Source of the DNA: Bdellovibrionales bacterium RIFOXYD12_FULL_39_22
Lineage (GTDB): Bacteria; Bdellovibrionota; Bacteriovoracia; Bacteriovoracales; Bacteriovoracaceae
Reading direction: 5' to 3'
Length of the DNA: 64,000 bases
NCBI GenBank assembly: GCA_001770205.1
Contig: MEQL01000047.1
Coordinates: forward strand, 62,001-126,000
The position numbers and the translations under genes are program-made. Positions 50,550 through 62,194 of this stretch are shown in pieces; the stretch's first letter is position 1; each line of letters starts with the position of its first letter. The notes under the pieces were generated by a model, which was not told where the DNA came from, did no database searches, and saw nothing but the letters and a program-made list of their open reading frames with translations.

Positions 50550-52046
50550 CTAGCGAACAATCAGTCGATCACCCTCTCGGATCATCCGATTATTGATAAT
50601 TTCTAAATTTGATACAATCAAACTATAAAGTGGTGTATTAGTTTTTTTTGCTACATCCCACAAAGTATCTCCCCGCCTTACCGTATATCGATTGGAAGAA
50701 TTTAAATGCTTACCCTGTGCTTTGGCCAATTTAACAAGGCCTTTATATTTGCTTCGGGCCAACACCTCTTTTCGTGGCCGCTCATATAAATCAGCATACA
50801 TATTGTTTTTTAAATCGTGATCGGCACGAAAAGGAAGAGCAATTGCCTGCCCCTTCACAATTCTGGCCCCGGCATCGATTCCATTGAGTTCTTCCAAAAC
50901 ATAGGGCGCTACACTAAATTTTTTGGCAATATCTCGAAGTGTGGAGGCCTGTCCTTGAACACTGTATCGTCTGAAATTAGTTGCCTTCAAATCAACTCCA
51001 GAGGCCACTACATCGGCCCATTTTGCCTTGGAATTAATTGGCACTCGAAGTTTATAATAGCTAACATTTGGAGGAGTAAACCAACGCATAACTTCCGGAT
51101 TAAGGCGTTGCAACTCTTCAAAATCAACTCCCATTTGTTCCGCCAATGCCACTAAATCTGTCATCGGGGGAACATCAATCTCATCAAAATCTAGTTGCTC
51201 ATGAAAATCAATATCCTCAAAACCGAAGGCCTTTAAATTTTTTCCAATGATGGCCAAGGCCATTATTTTTGGCACATAGTTTTTGGTTTCACTGCGCAAA
51301 TAACGCCCTTCCCGCAAGCTCCAAAAATTTTCTGTATTATATTTTCGAATTGCCCGATTAACTTTTCCCTCTCCAGCATTATAAGCTGATGCGGCCAACT
51401 CCCAAGATCCAAATTGCTTGTACAGTACCGTTAAGTAATTGCAGGCCGCAATAGTGGATTTTATCGGGTCCATCCGCTCATCAACATACCAATCAATTTT
51501 TAGGCCAAATTTCTTTCCAGTGTATGACATAAATTGCCACGGGCCAACTGCGCGCGCCCACGACTTGGCCTTATCTTGAAAACCAGATTCTGCCATGGCC
51601 AAAAAAATCAAATCCCGCGGCAGTCCATGATCTTCCAAAATTTGTCCCATCAGTGGGGCATAACGGCCAGAACGTGCTGAATATCTTTCAAAAAAACCTC
51701 TGCCACGATTTAAAAAATAGTGAATCCAGGTTTGTACAGCAGAATTGAAAACCACCGGGATATCGAAATAGTAGTTATCCAAATTCAATTGCTCTGCACC
51801 ATATAAAAAATAAGTCCTACTGTGATGATTACCAGCATCATCTATGCTGGAACTACCGATAATACTCTTTCCATCATGCGAGGCTTTATCAGCTGTATCT
51901 CCCCCCTCTCCATTTTCTAGCTCTGTGGTGGTTACTTGCTGAGGAGCTCTTCCTCCCTCCTCTAATGGATTCGTATTCACCGAACTACATCCAACAAACT
52001 GCATCAATAAAACGAACCAACAACAAACAACAAGCGTCTCTTTCAT
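50550..52046 (-). CDS. mltD: Membrane-bound lytic transglycosylase with LysM domains
   Basis: Lipobox FVGC; AMAES, AVGPWQF, AYNAGEG, ETKNYVPK; LysM YTVRRGDTLW. Confidence 0.9.
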   Translation of the reverse strand: MKETLVVCCWFVLLMQFVGCSSVNTNPLEEGGRAPQQVTTTELENGEGGDTADKASHDGKSIIGSSSIDDAGNHHSRTYFLYGAEQLNLDNYYFDIPVVFNSAVQTWIHYFLNRGRGFFERYSARSGRYAPLMGQILEDHGLPRDLIFLAMAESGFQDKAKSWARAVGPWQFMSYTGKKFGLKIDWYVDERMDPIKSTIAACNYLTVLYKQFGSWELAASAYNAGEGKVNRAIRKYNTENFWSLREGRYLRSETKNYVPKIMALAIIGKNLKAFGFEDIDFHEQLDFDEIDVPPMTDLVALAEQMGVDFEELQRLNPEVMRWFTPPNVSYYKLRVPINSKAKWADVVASGVDLKATNFRRYSVQGQASTLRDIAKKFSVAPYVLEELNGIDAGARIVKGQAIALPFRADHDLKNNMYADLYERPRKEVLARSKYKGLVKLAKAQGKHLNSSNRYTVRRGDTLWDVAKKTNTPLYSLIVSNLEIINNRMIREGDRLIVR

Positions 52047-52172
52047 AACAACCGTTACACCCTGATATAATTATTATTAGTAGTATTTCTACAATTCTCC
52101 ACGATCACCTCATTCAAGTCAACCCGGAGTAAAATCTTCTCGGATTTTATCGCTTAAAAATTTATGGTATAA

Positions 52173-52727
52173 ATGGCCATGCTACACTATTTGCAAAATA
52201 AAATCATACTTTTTTTATCTCTTTCTTTCTTGAGCAATTTACTCTTTTCCAAGATGGATCCGCCCAATTATGATTTTAGCTTAGATGCACTAAAAGATTT
52301 TTTTCCAAATTCTTCCATTGAGGAAATTAAAAAAAAATATCCCGAGAGTGAGCTTTTGGAGTCCAAAAATGGAGTTTCGCTTTATCGATTTTATATCACT
52401 CAACTACGCTATAAATTCCCTCTCTTTTTGCAAGTGACAAATGGCAAGGCCATTGATCTCTACGCTAAACTTCCCTCGTATTTTTCTCATGACGTTTTTC
52501 ATCAAAGCTTAATAAATCGCTATGGCCCACAGGACAAATATCATAAGCAAGAAAACAACGCGGTCTATATTTGGAATGATAAGGATGGAAACAAACACAT
52601 TTATGAGGGTTCGTGCACCATCACCTGCTTTCCTCTCTACTACAGCGTAATTAGCAACGGCACGGCCGATATAACTCCCTTTGTTGATAAATTAAAGATA
52701 AAGGAAATTAAGCTTGAATTATTTTAG
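52173..52727 (+). CDS. Hypothetical exported protein
   Basis: Signal-like N-terminus; 184-aa ORF; CTITCFP motif. Confidence 0.65.
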   Translation: MAMLHYLQNKIILFLSLSFLSNLLFSKMDPPNYDFSLDALKDFFPNSSIEEIKKKYPESELLESKNGVSLYRFYITQLRYKFPLFLQVTNGKAIDLYAKLPSYFSHDVFHQSLINRYGPQDKYHKQENNAVYIWNDKDGNKHIYEGSCTITCFPLYYSVISNGTADITPFVDKLKIKEIKLELF

Positions 52728-53499
52728 GTTGTGTTTTTAGACTATACCAAAGCGCGAACACTCCACACAGCGACATAATTATACACAGTATTTGCCCCAT
52801 TGTTGTCGTTCCACCTAGGTAGTATCCCATTTGCACATCCGCTTCGCGGAAAAATTCAATAAAATACCTAAATACTCCATAGATAATTAAAAAAAGTGCA
52901 TACTGCACTCCACAGCGAGAGATATTTTTTCTACTTATCCACAATATAGAAAATAAAACAATTCCTTCAAAAAATGCTTCGTACAATTGAGAGGGATGGC
53001 GCGGATATGGGCCGCCTCCAGGAAAAATCATTCCCCAGGGTACATCGGTCACTCGCCCAAACAGCTCCATATTTAAAAAATTTCCAATACGCCCAAAAAA
53101 AAGTCCTTGCGCCCCTACTGTGACAACGCAATCCCAAACATGAAAAAGATGAATTTTATTTTTTCTAGCAAAAATTAACCCCGCGATAGCATAACCGATA
53201 ATGGCACCGTGGAAACTAAGTCCTCCCTCCCACACATAAAAAATTCTCAGCGGATCATCAAACAGTTGTTGCTGGCCATAAACCAACACATAGGTTATGC
53301 GTGCTCCCAAAAACATCCCAAGAAACATGTGGGTTACCAGCGAATCAATCTTTTCCCGGGGGATTTTAAACAACCCCTCCTTAACCAAGCGGTGACATAA
53401 AAAAGTAGCGATGACATAGCCTATTAGATACATCATGCCATACCAACGTACCTGTAGTACGCCTAACTTGAAAATTGTCGGATCAAAATTTACTTCCAT
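52708..53499 (-). CDS. lgt: Prolipoprotein diacylglyceryl transferase
   Basis: RWYG, GGLSFHG, GRIGNFLN, RHPSQLYE, EFFRE. Confidence 0.96.
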   Translation of the reverse strand: MEVNFDPTIFKLGVLQVRWYGMMYLIGYVIATFLCHRLVKEGLFKIPREKIDSLVTHMFLGMFLGARITYVLVYGQQQLFDDPLRIFYVWEGGLSFHGAIIGYAIAGLIFARKNKIHLFHVWDCVVTVGAQGLFFGRIGNFLNMELFGRVTDVPWGMIFPGGGPYPRHPSQLYEAFFEGIVLFSILWISRKNISRCGVQYALFLIIYGVFRYFIEFFREADVQMGYYLGGTTTMGQILCIIMSLCGVFALWYSLKTQPKIIQA

Positions 53500-53526
53500 A
53501 ATTTATTTGAGCTTAATGGCAGATGA

Positions 53527-54339
53527 TCATAAAGACAAGTCTGTTCTTGGCCGAAAACTTTCTTCTGGATGAAGAAGGCCCTGAACACTCTTTGATAGCG
53601 CTTGAATAATTTGCCTTACTGGAACGCTCGGGCCATTGTAATCAAAATACGAAGTATGGGTAGTCAAAAAACTCAACAACTCCTCTGCTGACATGGCAAC
53701 ATTCCTTCCATGTAGGGTAGAGTTAAGACGCATAATTTTAAATCTAGCACTCAACTTCTTATTTCCATCCAACGAAATTATATTATTCTTAAAAAAATCG
53801 AAATAGACGGCCTCTCCTTTGGATTTATTTTGACGCATGATTACGACTCCTTCATCCACTGGCACTCCCCAAAATCCAACAACACCCAACGGAGCAAGCG
53901 CCCAGCTTAGAAAGCGGTTGATAATCACTTTGTATACCCCATCATTTTCTGGACCGCCAAAATCTTCAAATGCCGCTAACTGCCATTCGCATGACATAAA
54001 AGAATAAACCATTACTCCAAATTTTTTATACCTATATATTTTATGGCCTGGCCGAGGAACAATGCTTTCGGCACCCCATAAATCATCCTCCCCTCTTCGA
54101 TCTATTTCTCTAGCAATAGTCGGAGTCGGCAGAACCATTGAAAGTATTCGCATGTTCCGTACCAGTCCAATAGACTTAATCAGTTTTGCTATCTCTCCAG
54201 CATCCAATTGCGTAAACTTATTTTTACCCAGAAAAGTTGCTAAGTTTGGTGAAAAGCTATTTTTTATGAATTTGACGTAAACAGGAATTTCTAGCTCTTT
54301 AGCAAATTGAAAATATTCAAATTCTTCGTTAGTTGCCAC
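53527..54339 (-). CDS. Hypothetical protein, possible degenerate HprK-related fold
   Basis: GGGGAGG + GTG; 270-aa ORF. Confidence 0.7.
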   Translation of the reverse strand: MATNEEFEYFQFAKELEIPVYVKFIKNSFSPNLATFLGKNKFTQLDAGEIAKLIKSIGLVRNMRILSMVLPTPTIAREIDRRGEDDLWGAESIVPRPGHKIYRYKKFGVMVYSFMSCEWQLAAFEDFGGPENDGVYKVIINRFLSWALAPLGVVGFWGVPVDEGVVIMRQNKSKGEAVYFDFFKNNIISLDGNKKLSARFKIMRLNSTLHGRNVAMSAEELLSFLTTHTSYFDYNGPSVPVRQIIQALSKSVQGLLHPEESFRPRTDLSL

Positions 54340-54391
54340 AAATGCCTCCCCGAATTTGAGGGATCAACCGCCCTCCATCATCTCAGACCAC

Positions 54392-54418
54392 TTATCGACT
54401 TTTCCTAATAATTCTTGA
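54392..54418 (-). promoter_or_regulatory. Putative sigma28 (FliA) promoter
   Basis: Minus strand TCAA, 15 nt spacer, GTCGATAA. Confidence 0.6.
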
Positions 54419-54538
54419 CTGTGCCACCAGCTCCTTTCTGACCGTTTTGCTCAGAATTCTTCTTCCGCCCTAACATTTCTTTAATATCAAACCTTGACAT
54501 CATGAGACAAAGCTAATAAAAGTCATAGGTTCATATCC

Positions 54539-54596
54539 GACGAAACTGCAGGGAAAACAAAGATTCTATGCTGAACATAGGGCCCCTGTATTTGTC
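54539..54596 (+). promoter_or_regulatory. Structured 5' leader of rplU-rpmA
   Basis: GACGAA/TTTGTC and TGCAGGG/CCCTGTA stems enclose a CTATG/CATAG hairpin. Confidence 0.45.
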
Positions 54597-54617
54597 ATGA
54601 CTACCCTGGAGGGCAAG

Positions 54618-54986
54618 ATGTATAGTGTTGTAGAAATTTCAGGCCACCAATACAAGGTTAAGGCCGGTGACCTAATAGACGTTGAAAAACTTTCCGCACA
54701 TGAAGAAGGAAGTACCGTAACTTTTGATAAAGTTCTTTTTGTTGGTGGTGATAATAATCTCGTGGGACTTCCAACTGTTGCTGGCGCCAAAGTGACCGCC
54801 AAAATAATTCGCCATGATCGCAGTAGAAAATTGTTAATCCACAAGCGCAAAAAGGCCGGCCGGAAATATACTAATGGTTTCAGAAAACACTACACGGCAC
54901 TACTCATTACCGAACTTGCCGATGGCAAGGGTAATGTAAAAACCATTGATAAAAGTTCAAAGGCCGCAGAGAAATTTTTAAAATAG
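54618..54986 (+). CDS. rplU: 50S ribosomal protein L21
   Basis: MYSVVEISGHQYKVKAGD, VGLPTVAGAKV; GGAGG RBS; upstream of rpmA. Confidence 0.93.
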   Translation: MYSVVEISGHQYKVKAGDLIDVEKLSAHEEGSTVTFDKVLFVGGDNNLVGLPTVAGAKVTAKIIRHDRSRKLLIHKRKKAGRKYTNGFRKHYTALLITELADGKGNVKTIDKSSKAAEKFLK

Positions 54987-55034
54987 AGATAAACGTATTT
55001 ATATAAAGATTTGAGATAAGCAAGGAGCAACATA

Positions 55035-55283
55035 ATGGCACATAAAAAAGCGGGCGGTTCCACCACAAACGGACGTGATTCTAACCCTAAGATGTATGGC
55101 GTAAAAAAATATGGCGGAGAGAATGTAATTACCGGCAATATCATTGTTAGACAATGCGGCTCAAAAATTCATCCTGGAACCGGCGTTGGCATGGGTAAAG
55201 ACTTTACTATTTTTGCCACCCGTGATGGAAATGTTAAATTTTCTTTCTATAGCAAGAAAAAACAGATTGTTTCAGTAATTTAA
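55035..55283 (+). CDS. rpmA: 50S ribosomal protein L27
   Basis: [23 protein letters not shown]. Confidence 0.97.
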   Translation: MAHKKAGGSTTNGRDSNPKMYGVKKYGGENVITGNIIVRQCGSKIHPGTGVGMGKDFTIFATRDGNVKFSFYSKKKQIVSVI

Positions 55284-55327
55284 TCGCTCATAGATTTATT
55301 AGTGATTAAATATACAAACTAGATAAT

Positions 55328-55361
55328 AAAAAAGGGGAGGCGAAAAACTCCCCTTTTTTTT
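55328..55361 (+). terminator. Intrinsic terminator between rpmA and obgE
   Basis: AAAAAAGGGGAG, 8-nt loop, CTCCCCTTTTTTTT. Confidence 0.85.
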
Positions 55362-55368
55362 CACCTAG

Positions 55369-56878
<1,510 letters not shown>

Positions 56879-56892
56879 CAACTCTAGATGGT

Positions 56893-57363
56893 ATGAAAGA
56901 GTTACATATAATCTCTGTCGGAAAAATAAAAGAATCTCGAATTGTTGAACTAGAACAAGAATATTGCAAGCGATTGCCTTCTCACTTTTTAAAAATACAC
57001 GAAGTAAAATCTTTTGAAGAAAATACCATCTTAGAAGCGCAGGCCATCGAAAAAAAAATCGAAGCAATCATAGGGCGCAGTAATAGTTCTAATTTTGATC
57101 TCATTTTACTTTCAGAACATGGTAAAAATAGAAGCACTCCTGAATTTGCCGACTGGTTATATAATCTTTTGGCCGCACCTTCGGGTAAAATATTTCTGGC
57201 CATCGGCGGGGCCGCCGGCCTGGATAAATCTTTATACCATAAAAGCAATCAGCTCCTCTCATTATCTCCGCTGACATTTCCCCATAAGCTTGCCAGACTA
57301 ATTCTCATTGAGCAGATCTATCGCGCTTACACTATAAAAAACAATCACCCCTATCATAAATAA
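56893..57363 (+). CDS. rlmH: 23S rRNA m3Psi1915 methyltransferase
   Basis: VGK, IGGAAG, LTFPHKLAR, EQIYRA, HPYHK. Confidence 0.93.
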   Translation: MKELHIISVGKIKESRIVELEQEYCKRLPSHFLKIHEVKSFEENTILEAQAIEKKIEAIIGRSNSSNFDLILLSEHGKNRSTPEFADWLYNLLAAPSGKIFLAIGGAAGLDKSLYHKSNQLLSLSPLTFPHKLARLILIEQIYRAYTIKNNHPYHK

Positions 57364-57472
57364 GAAAAAAATTTGCCGCGTAAAAAAAACGGGACGGCAA
57401 CAATCTAGACATTAGAATAAATTAAATGTTAGCCTATTTATAAGTTAGATTGGCCGTTTAAATAGGGGAGAG

Positions 57473-58204
57473 ATGATGCGATCGTTTGTATTTAAAATTT
57501 TGTACATTTTTTTGATGGCCTTTTTCTTGCTTGCTCCCTCCTGGGGAAAAATACCCCCCGCTTCCATAACTCCGCCCGATCGCTACATCTTTGATCGGGC
57601 ATCACGAATCCCTTTGGAATTTCAAAAACTGCTTCCTCGCTGGAATAGTAGCGATTATGTCGTTATCTATGTCCGCACGGCCATAATTAATCGCGACATC
57701 AGAGATCTGCGGCCAGAAACGATAAATGATGAAAATACACTTCGCCAATTCCTAAGCGCCAAGGCCACAGAAGAAATTAAAGAACGAACTTTCAAAATTA
57801 CCAAGAAAGTAGAGATCGGAGTTTTTTTTAAAACAGTATCCTTCACACAAGAAAACTTTAGTGAAAATTATGAGGAAGAAAATGACAATGAGGCCTTAAC
57901 AAATATTTTCTCTAGCATAGCTCAATTTCCATATGCTAAAAATAAAACCGATGATGATAGTCCTGATAATGTCCAAATGTTTAGTTATGGAAATAATTTT
58001 TCCAGTATGTTTAAAGAATCAGTTGGCCTCAATCGCTTTTTCGATGGTGGCGAAAATAAAACTTTTTTTGTCTCCTACTCTTTTGCCAGTATCACTTCCG
58101 AAAACTACGAAGAACATCGTTTCATTTTGAATAATTTCTTAAAATCACAAACAGAACAAGAGTTTAACAACTTGTTAAACAACGTTGGTGTTCTTTTCAG
58201 ATAA
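57473..58204 (+). CDS. Hypothetical secreted protein
   Basis: GGGGAG RBS; signal-peptide-like N-terminus. Confidence 0.65.
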   Translation: MMRSFVFKILYIFLMAFFLLAPSWGKIPPASITPPDRYIFDRASRIPLEFQKLLPRWNSSDYVVIYVRTAIINRDIRDLRPETINDENTLRQFLSAKATEEIKERTFKITKKVEIGVFFKTVSFTQENFSENYEEENDNEALTNIFSSIAQFPYAKNKTDDDSPDNVQMFSYGNNFSSMFKESVGLNRFFDGGENKTFFVSYSFASITSENYEEHRFILNNFLKSQTEQEFNNLLNNVGVLFR

Positions 58205-58231
58205 TCAATAATCTGCGCTCTAATCTTACCA

Positions 58232-58891
58232 CTAAATTACCGGGCCCTGAGCGGGAATTTTTTGTCGCTCTTCACTTCTTTTAATCTTCGGGAATTTTAT
58301 CCTAATATGATTTCTACTAGTTTCAATCTCCATTTTATCAGCATCTACGCCCTCTGGTATGGGAAAATTCCGGTTAACACTCTCTACGCTTCGGGATCGA
58401 CTTTGCCCTCCTCCTGGCATCTGCTTTGACTCTTCCTTCTCCACTACTCCCGAAATAGAAATCATCCCGTCTTTGGCCTTTACATCCACTTTTTGATCTT
58501 TCAACCCGTCTACCGATACATCATAATAGACAAACTTATCATTTTCTCCTCTTTTAATCTCACTCAAATCTCCGCCAAATTTATTTCCATACCAGCCATC
58601 AAAAAGCGCATTAAAATCGTCTGAGCTTCCACCTGAATTTTTGAAATGCTCTCGCAACTGTTTTTTCATTCGCTCCATCTCTGCAAAAGGATCAAAATCA
58701 TCTCGAAAAAAACTGTTATCAAAAAAACCATCTAGCAGTGCTCGCATTTGAGCTCGCTCCGAATTTTGGCCCCGCGCCTCTTTCTGTTTATATTCCTCGA
58801 TACATTTTGTACAATCGCACTTCTCCTCCGCCGAACATGCAAATGATGTGAATAAAAGGCCAAATAGTCCGATAAAGATTATCTTCGACAT
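58232..58891 (-). CDS. Hsp20/alpha-crystallin protein with N-terminal export signal
   Basis: VSVDGLKDQKVDV..DGMISISG...RNFPIPEGVDAD...IRIKFPK; MSKIIFIGLFGLLFTSFACSA; GGAG before ATG 58891. Confidence 0.8.
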   Translation of the reverse strand: MSKIIFIGLFGLLFTSFACSAEEKCDCTKCIEEYKQKEARGQNSERAQMRALLDGFFDNSFFRDDFDPFAEMERMKKQLREHFKNSGGSSDDFNALFDGWYGNKFGGDLSEIKRGENDKFVYYDVSVDGLKDQKVDVKAKDGMISISGVVEKEESKQMPGGGQSRSRSVESVNRNFPIPEGVDADKMEIETSRNHIRIKFPKIKRSEERQKIPAQGPVI

Positions 58892-58907
58892 AGACACATT
58901 CTCCATT

Positions 58908-59315
58908 TTACTGCTTAATTTTAACTTCAAACTCTGGAGTGGCCTGAATAAGTTTTTTTACAGTGCATTGTTCCGCCGAAGCGATAACCGCTGATTTATA
59001 TTTTTCAGGAAAATTTTTGGGCAACTCGATTTCAATTTCAATTTTCCGTTTGTATTTATTATCTCCTTCAGACCTCTTATCCCTCTGGATTACGCGAATT
59101 CCTTCCGTCGAAATATTTCTACTATCACAAAAACTTCTTACGTAATAGGCCGCACATAGCGCAAGCGAGGCCAAAAAATATTCAAATGGCGAAGCAGCAC
59201 TATCCTCTCCGCCATCCCCCTTTGGTTGATCTGCTAGCACAATATGATTGCCTACTTTTGCTTCTACTTTTTTGCCTGTTCCGATTGAAACTTCGATATC
59301 CACAAATGCCTCCAT
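58908..59315 (-). CDS. OsmC-family protein
   Basis: ADQP..GGEDSAASPFEYFLASLALC...EQCTVKK (two Cys). Confidence 0.88.
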   Translation of the reverse strand: MEAFVDIEVSIGTGKKVEAKVGNHIVLADQPKGDGGEDSAASPFEYFLASLALCAAYYVRSFCDSRNISTEGIRVIQRDKRSEGDNKYKRKIEIEIELPKNFPEKYKSAVIASAEQCTVKKLIQATPEFEVKIKQ

Positions 59316-59380
59316 TTATTTCAAATTATCACATAAAATACGCTGGGATTTTACAACCAAATAAACTAGAATTTCAACCA

Positions 59381-60829
59381 ATGAATAAAACTTTTGAAAG
59401 TAAAATAGATTTTAGCAACATAATGTCAGTATTAGATTGGTCGATATTCATTGCTATTTTGGCAACCACATATGCGGCAGTTATTTACGGTAACCGCCTT
59501 AAAAATAAAGTTGATAATAATAAAAGCGAAACTATTGAGCAAAAAAATATTTTAGAATTTCTACTTATGGGCCGCCAACTAACGCTCCCTCTTTTTGTCG
59601 GAACGCTGGTAGCAACCTGGTATGGAGGAATTTTAGGGGTAACCAAGATTGCTTTTGAAAGTGGAATATATAACTTCATTACTCAGGGATTTTTTTGGTA
59701 TTTAACATATGTCATCTTTGCACTATTTTTGGTCAAAAAAATTCGGCCCTATAATGCGCTAACACTTCCCGATATGGTAAATAAAATGTTTGGCCCCAAA
59801 GCAAGTATTGTGGCCGCCATTTTCACATTCTTTAACACTCTCCCCGTTGCCTACACCATAAGTATTGGATTGGTACTACAACTTTTTTTTCCCGGCACAC
59901 TACTTTTGATGATGTCAATTGCTATGGCCGTCGCCATTATCTACTCCATTTGGGGTGGCCTGCGCGCCATCGTTTTTTCCGATTTCGTCCAATTTACGGT
60001 GATGGTTTCCTCAGTTATTCTTGTGGCACTAACCTCTGTTTTTAGTTTTGGTGGGATCTCTTTTTTACAAAGTAAACTACCCGCGACTCACTTTTCTCCT
60101 ACTGGTGGATACGGAATAGGTGCAACTTTAATCTGGGGATTCATTGCCTTATCTACATTGGTAGATCCAGGATTTTATCAGCGCGTCTTTGCCGCCAAAA
60201 ATGATAAAACAGCAAAAGTTGGAATATTAATTTCCACCCTAATTTGGTTTGTGTTTGATATCTGCACTACACTAGGAGGAATGTATGCCCGAGCAACCAT
60301 TCCTGACGCAGAACCATCATTTGCTTATATGATTTATACCGCACAACTACTTCCTAATGGCCTTCGCGGTTTTTTCTTTGCTGGCATTATTGCAACCATA
60401 TTATCTACTCTAGACTCTTACCTTTTTATTGCCGGAACAACTATTTCGGTTGATCTGGTTCCAAAAAAACTACAGCAAAAAAAATTTATTTTTCACCATC
60501 TGGGCCTTATGGCAGTTGGAATCCTTACCGTGTTGTTGGCCAATAGTTTTGAAGGTGACATAAAAACGGCCTGGAAAACACTGGGGAGTTATTTTGCTTC
60601 CTGCTTACTTCTTCCAGTGATGTATGGACATATTTTTCCGAAAAAAATTTCCGACGGACAATTTGTCTTTGCTAGTATCCTCGGAGTTATTGCTGTTACT
60701 TACTGGCGCCTTACCCCCAAAGGTGGCCTGTGGGCAGAAGTGGATGAACTCTACGTTGGAATTGTTATTACTACGCTAGGAATTTTGCTTTTTCCACTCT
60801 TGAGAGACATGACAAAGCAAAAAAAATGA
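59381..60829 (+). CDS. Sodium:solute symporter family transporter
   Basis: FLLMGR, ATWYGG, YSIWGGLRAIVFSDFVQ, YQRVFAAK, STLDS; the upstream extension to 59186 is antisense to osmC and unlikely to be real. Confidence 0.88.
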   Translation: MNKTFESKIDFSNIMSVLDWSIFIAILATTYAAVIYGNRLKNKVDNNKSETIEQKNILEFLLMGRQLTLPLFVGTLVATWYGGILGVTKIAFESGIYNFITQGFFWYLTYVIFALFLVKKIRPYNALTLPDMVNKMFGPKASIVAAIFTFFNTLPVAYTISIGLVLQLFFPGTLLLMMSIAMAVAIIYSIWGGLRAIVFSDFVQFTVMVSSVILVALTSVFSFGGISFLQSKLPATHFSPTGGYGIGATLIWGFIALSTLVDPGFYQRVFAAKNDKTAKVGILISTLIWFVFDICTTLGGMYARATIPDAEPSFAYMIYTAQLLPNGLRGFFFAGIIATILSTLDSYLFIAGTTISVDLVPKKLQQKKFIFHHLGLMAVGILTVLLANSFEGDIKTAWKTLGSYFASCLLLPVMYGHIFPKKISDGQFVFASILGVIAVTYWRLTPKGGLWAEVDELYVGIVITTLGILLFPLLRDMTKQKK

Positions 60830-60889
60830 AATAGCCTATCCCCCTATAAATTTTCATGTACCAATATTTACCCAACAAAGGATAGGAAA

Positions 60890-62179
60890 ATGGCAACACC
60901 AAACACTGACACCATCAAAAAACAAGCAGCTCTCGATTATCACTCCAAGGGGAAACCTGGAAAAATAGAAGTTGTATCTACCAAGCCATGTCAAACCGCA
61001 GAAGATTTGGCCTTGGCCTACACACCTGGAGTCGCAATCCCGTGCCTTGAAATTGAAAAAAATCCAGAGGATGCATATAAATATACCTCCAAAGGTAATC
61101 TTGTCGCCGTTATCTCTAACGGAACTGCGGTTTTAGGTTTAGGTGACATTGGGGCAATGGCCGGAAAACCTGTAATGGAAGGAAAGGGCGTTCTTTTTAA
61201 ACGCTTTGCCGATGTTGATGTTTTCGATCTAGAGGTTAACGATCACACCATTGAAGGAATGGTAGATATCGTCTCTAAATTGGAGCCAACTTTTGGAGGT
61301 ATCAATCTCGAAGATATCAAAGCTCCAGAATGCTTTGAAATTGAAGAACAATTAATTAAAAAAATGAATATTCCTGTTTTTCATGATGATCAACATGGAA
61401 CAGCAATTATATCTTCTGCTGGCCTAATTAATGCGCTCGAAATTACCAAGCGAGATATCAAAAAGGCGAAGGTAGTTTTTAATGGCGCAGGAGCGGCAGC
61501 AATCGCTTGTGCAAAACTATTTTTGGATCTAGGCGTCCGCAATGAAAATCTTATTCTTTGTGATACTAAGGGTGTTGTTTATAAGGGCAGAACTCAAGGC
61601 ATGAATAAGTACAAAGAAATGTTTGCGGTTGATACCAAGCTGCGCACTCTGGCCGATGCCGTAAATGGCGCCGACGTTTTTGTTGGTTGTTCAGTGGCCG
61701 GAGCTCTAACTAAAGAGATGGTAAAAACTATGGCCAAAAGTCCAATTATCTTTGCAATGGCCAATCCCGTTCCTGAGATACTGCCACACGAAGTAAAAGA
61801 AGTTCGCTCCGACGCTATCGTTGCCACGGGACGATCTGATTTTAACAACCAAGTAAATAACGTCTTGGGCTTTCCATTTATCTTCCGAGCAGCACTAGAT
61901 GTACGCGCCAGCAAAATTAACAATGAAATGAAACTAGCGGCGGCCCGCGCTTTGGCCGCACTGGCAAAAGAACCTGTAACGGATCAAGTTCGCCAGGCCT
62001 ATGGAAATAAAGATTTCACTTTTGGCCCTGACTACATTATCCCCAAACCATTCGACAAACGTGTCTTAGTTTGGGAAACCATAGCGGTTGCCAAGGCAGC
62101 AATGGAAACTGGTGTTGCCAAAAATCCTATCAAGGATTTTGATGCTTATAAAAAACAACTAGAGGCAAGACTGAAGTAA
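60890..62179 (+). CDS. NAD(P)-dependent malic enzyme, short form without PTA domain
   Basis: [48 protein letters not shown]. Confidence 0.93.
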   Translation: MATPNTDTIKKQAALDYHSKGKPGKIEVVSTKPCQTAEDLALAYTPGVAIPCLEIEKNPEDAYKYTSKGNLVAVISNGTAVLGLGDIGAMAGKPVMEGKGVLFKRFADVDVFDLEVNDHTIEGMVDIVSKLEPTFGGINLEDIKAPECFEIEEQLIKKMNIPVFHDDQHGTAIISSAGLINALEITKRDIKKAKVVFNGAGAAAIACAKLFLDLGVRNENLILCDTKGVVYKGRTQGMNKYKEMFAVDTKLRTLADAVNGADVFVGCSVAGALTKEMVKTMAKSPIIFAMANPVPEILPHEVKEVRSDAIVATGRSDFNNQVNNVLGFPFIFRAALDVRASKINNEMKLAAARALAALAKEPVTDQVRQAYGNKDFTFGPDYIIPKPFDKRVLVWETIAVAKAAMETGVAKNPIKDFDAYKKQLEARLK

Positions 62180-62194
62180 TTGGGCCCTAATTAT

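Noticed and set aside
57433..57466. CCTATTTA/TAAATAGG inverted repeat overlapping an RBS
   Set aside because: An 8-bp AT-rich stem with an 18-nt loop is plausible by chance
59186..59380. N-terminal extension of the sodium:solute symporter, or a riboswitch upstream
   Set aside because: The extension overlaps osmC antisense; the real 65-nt spacer shows no riboswitch consensus I can recognise
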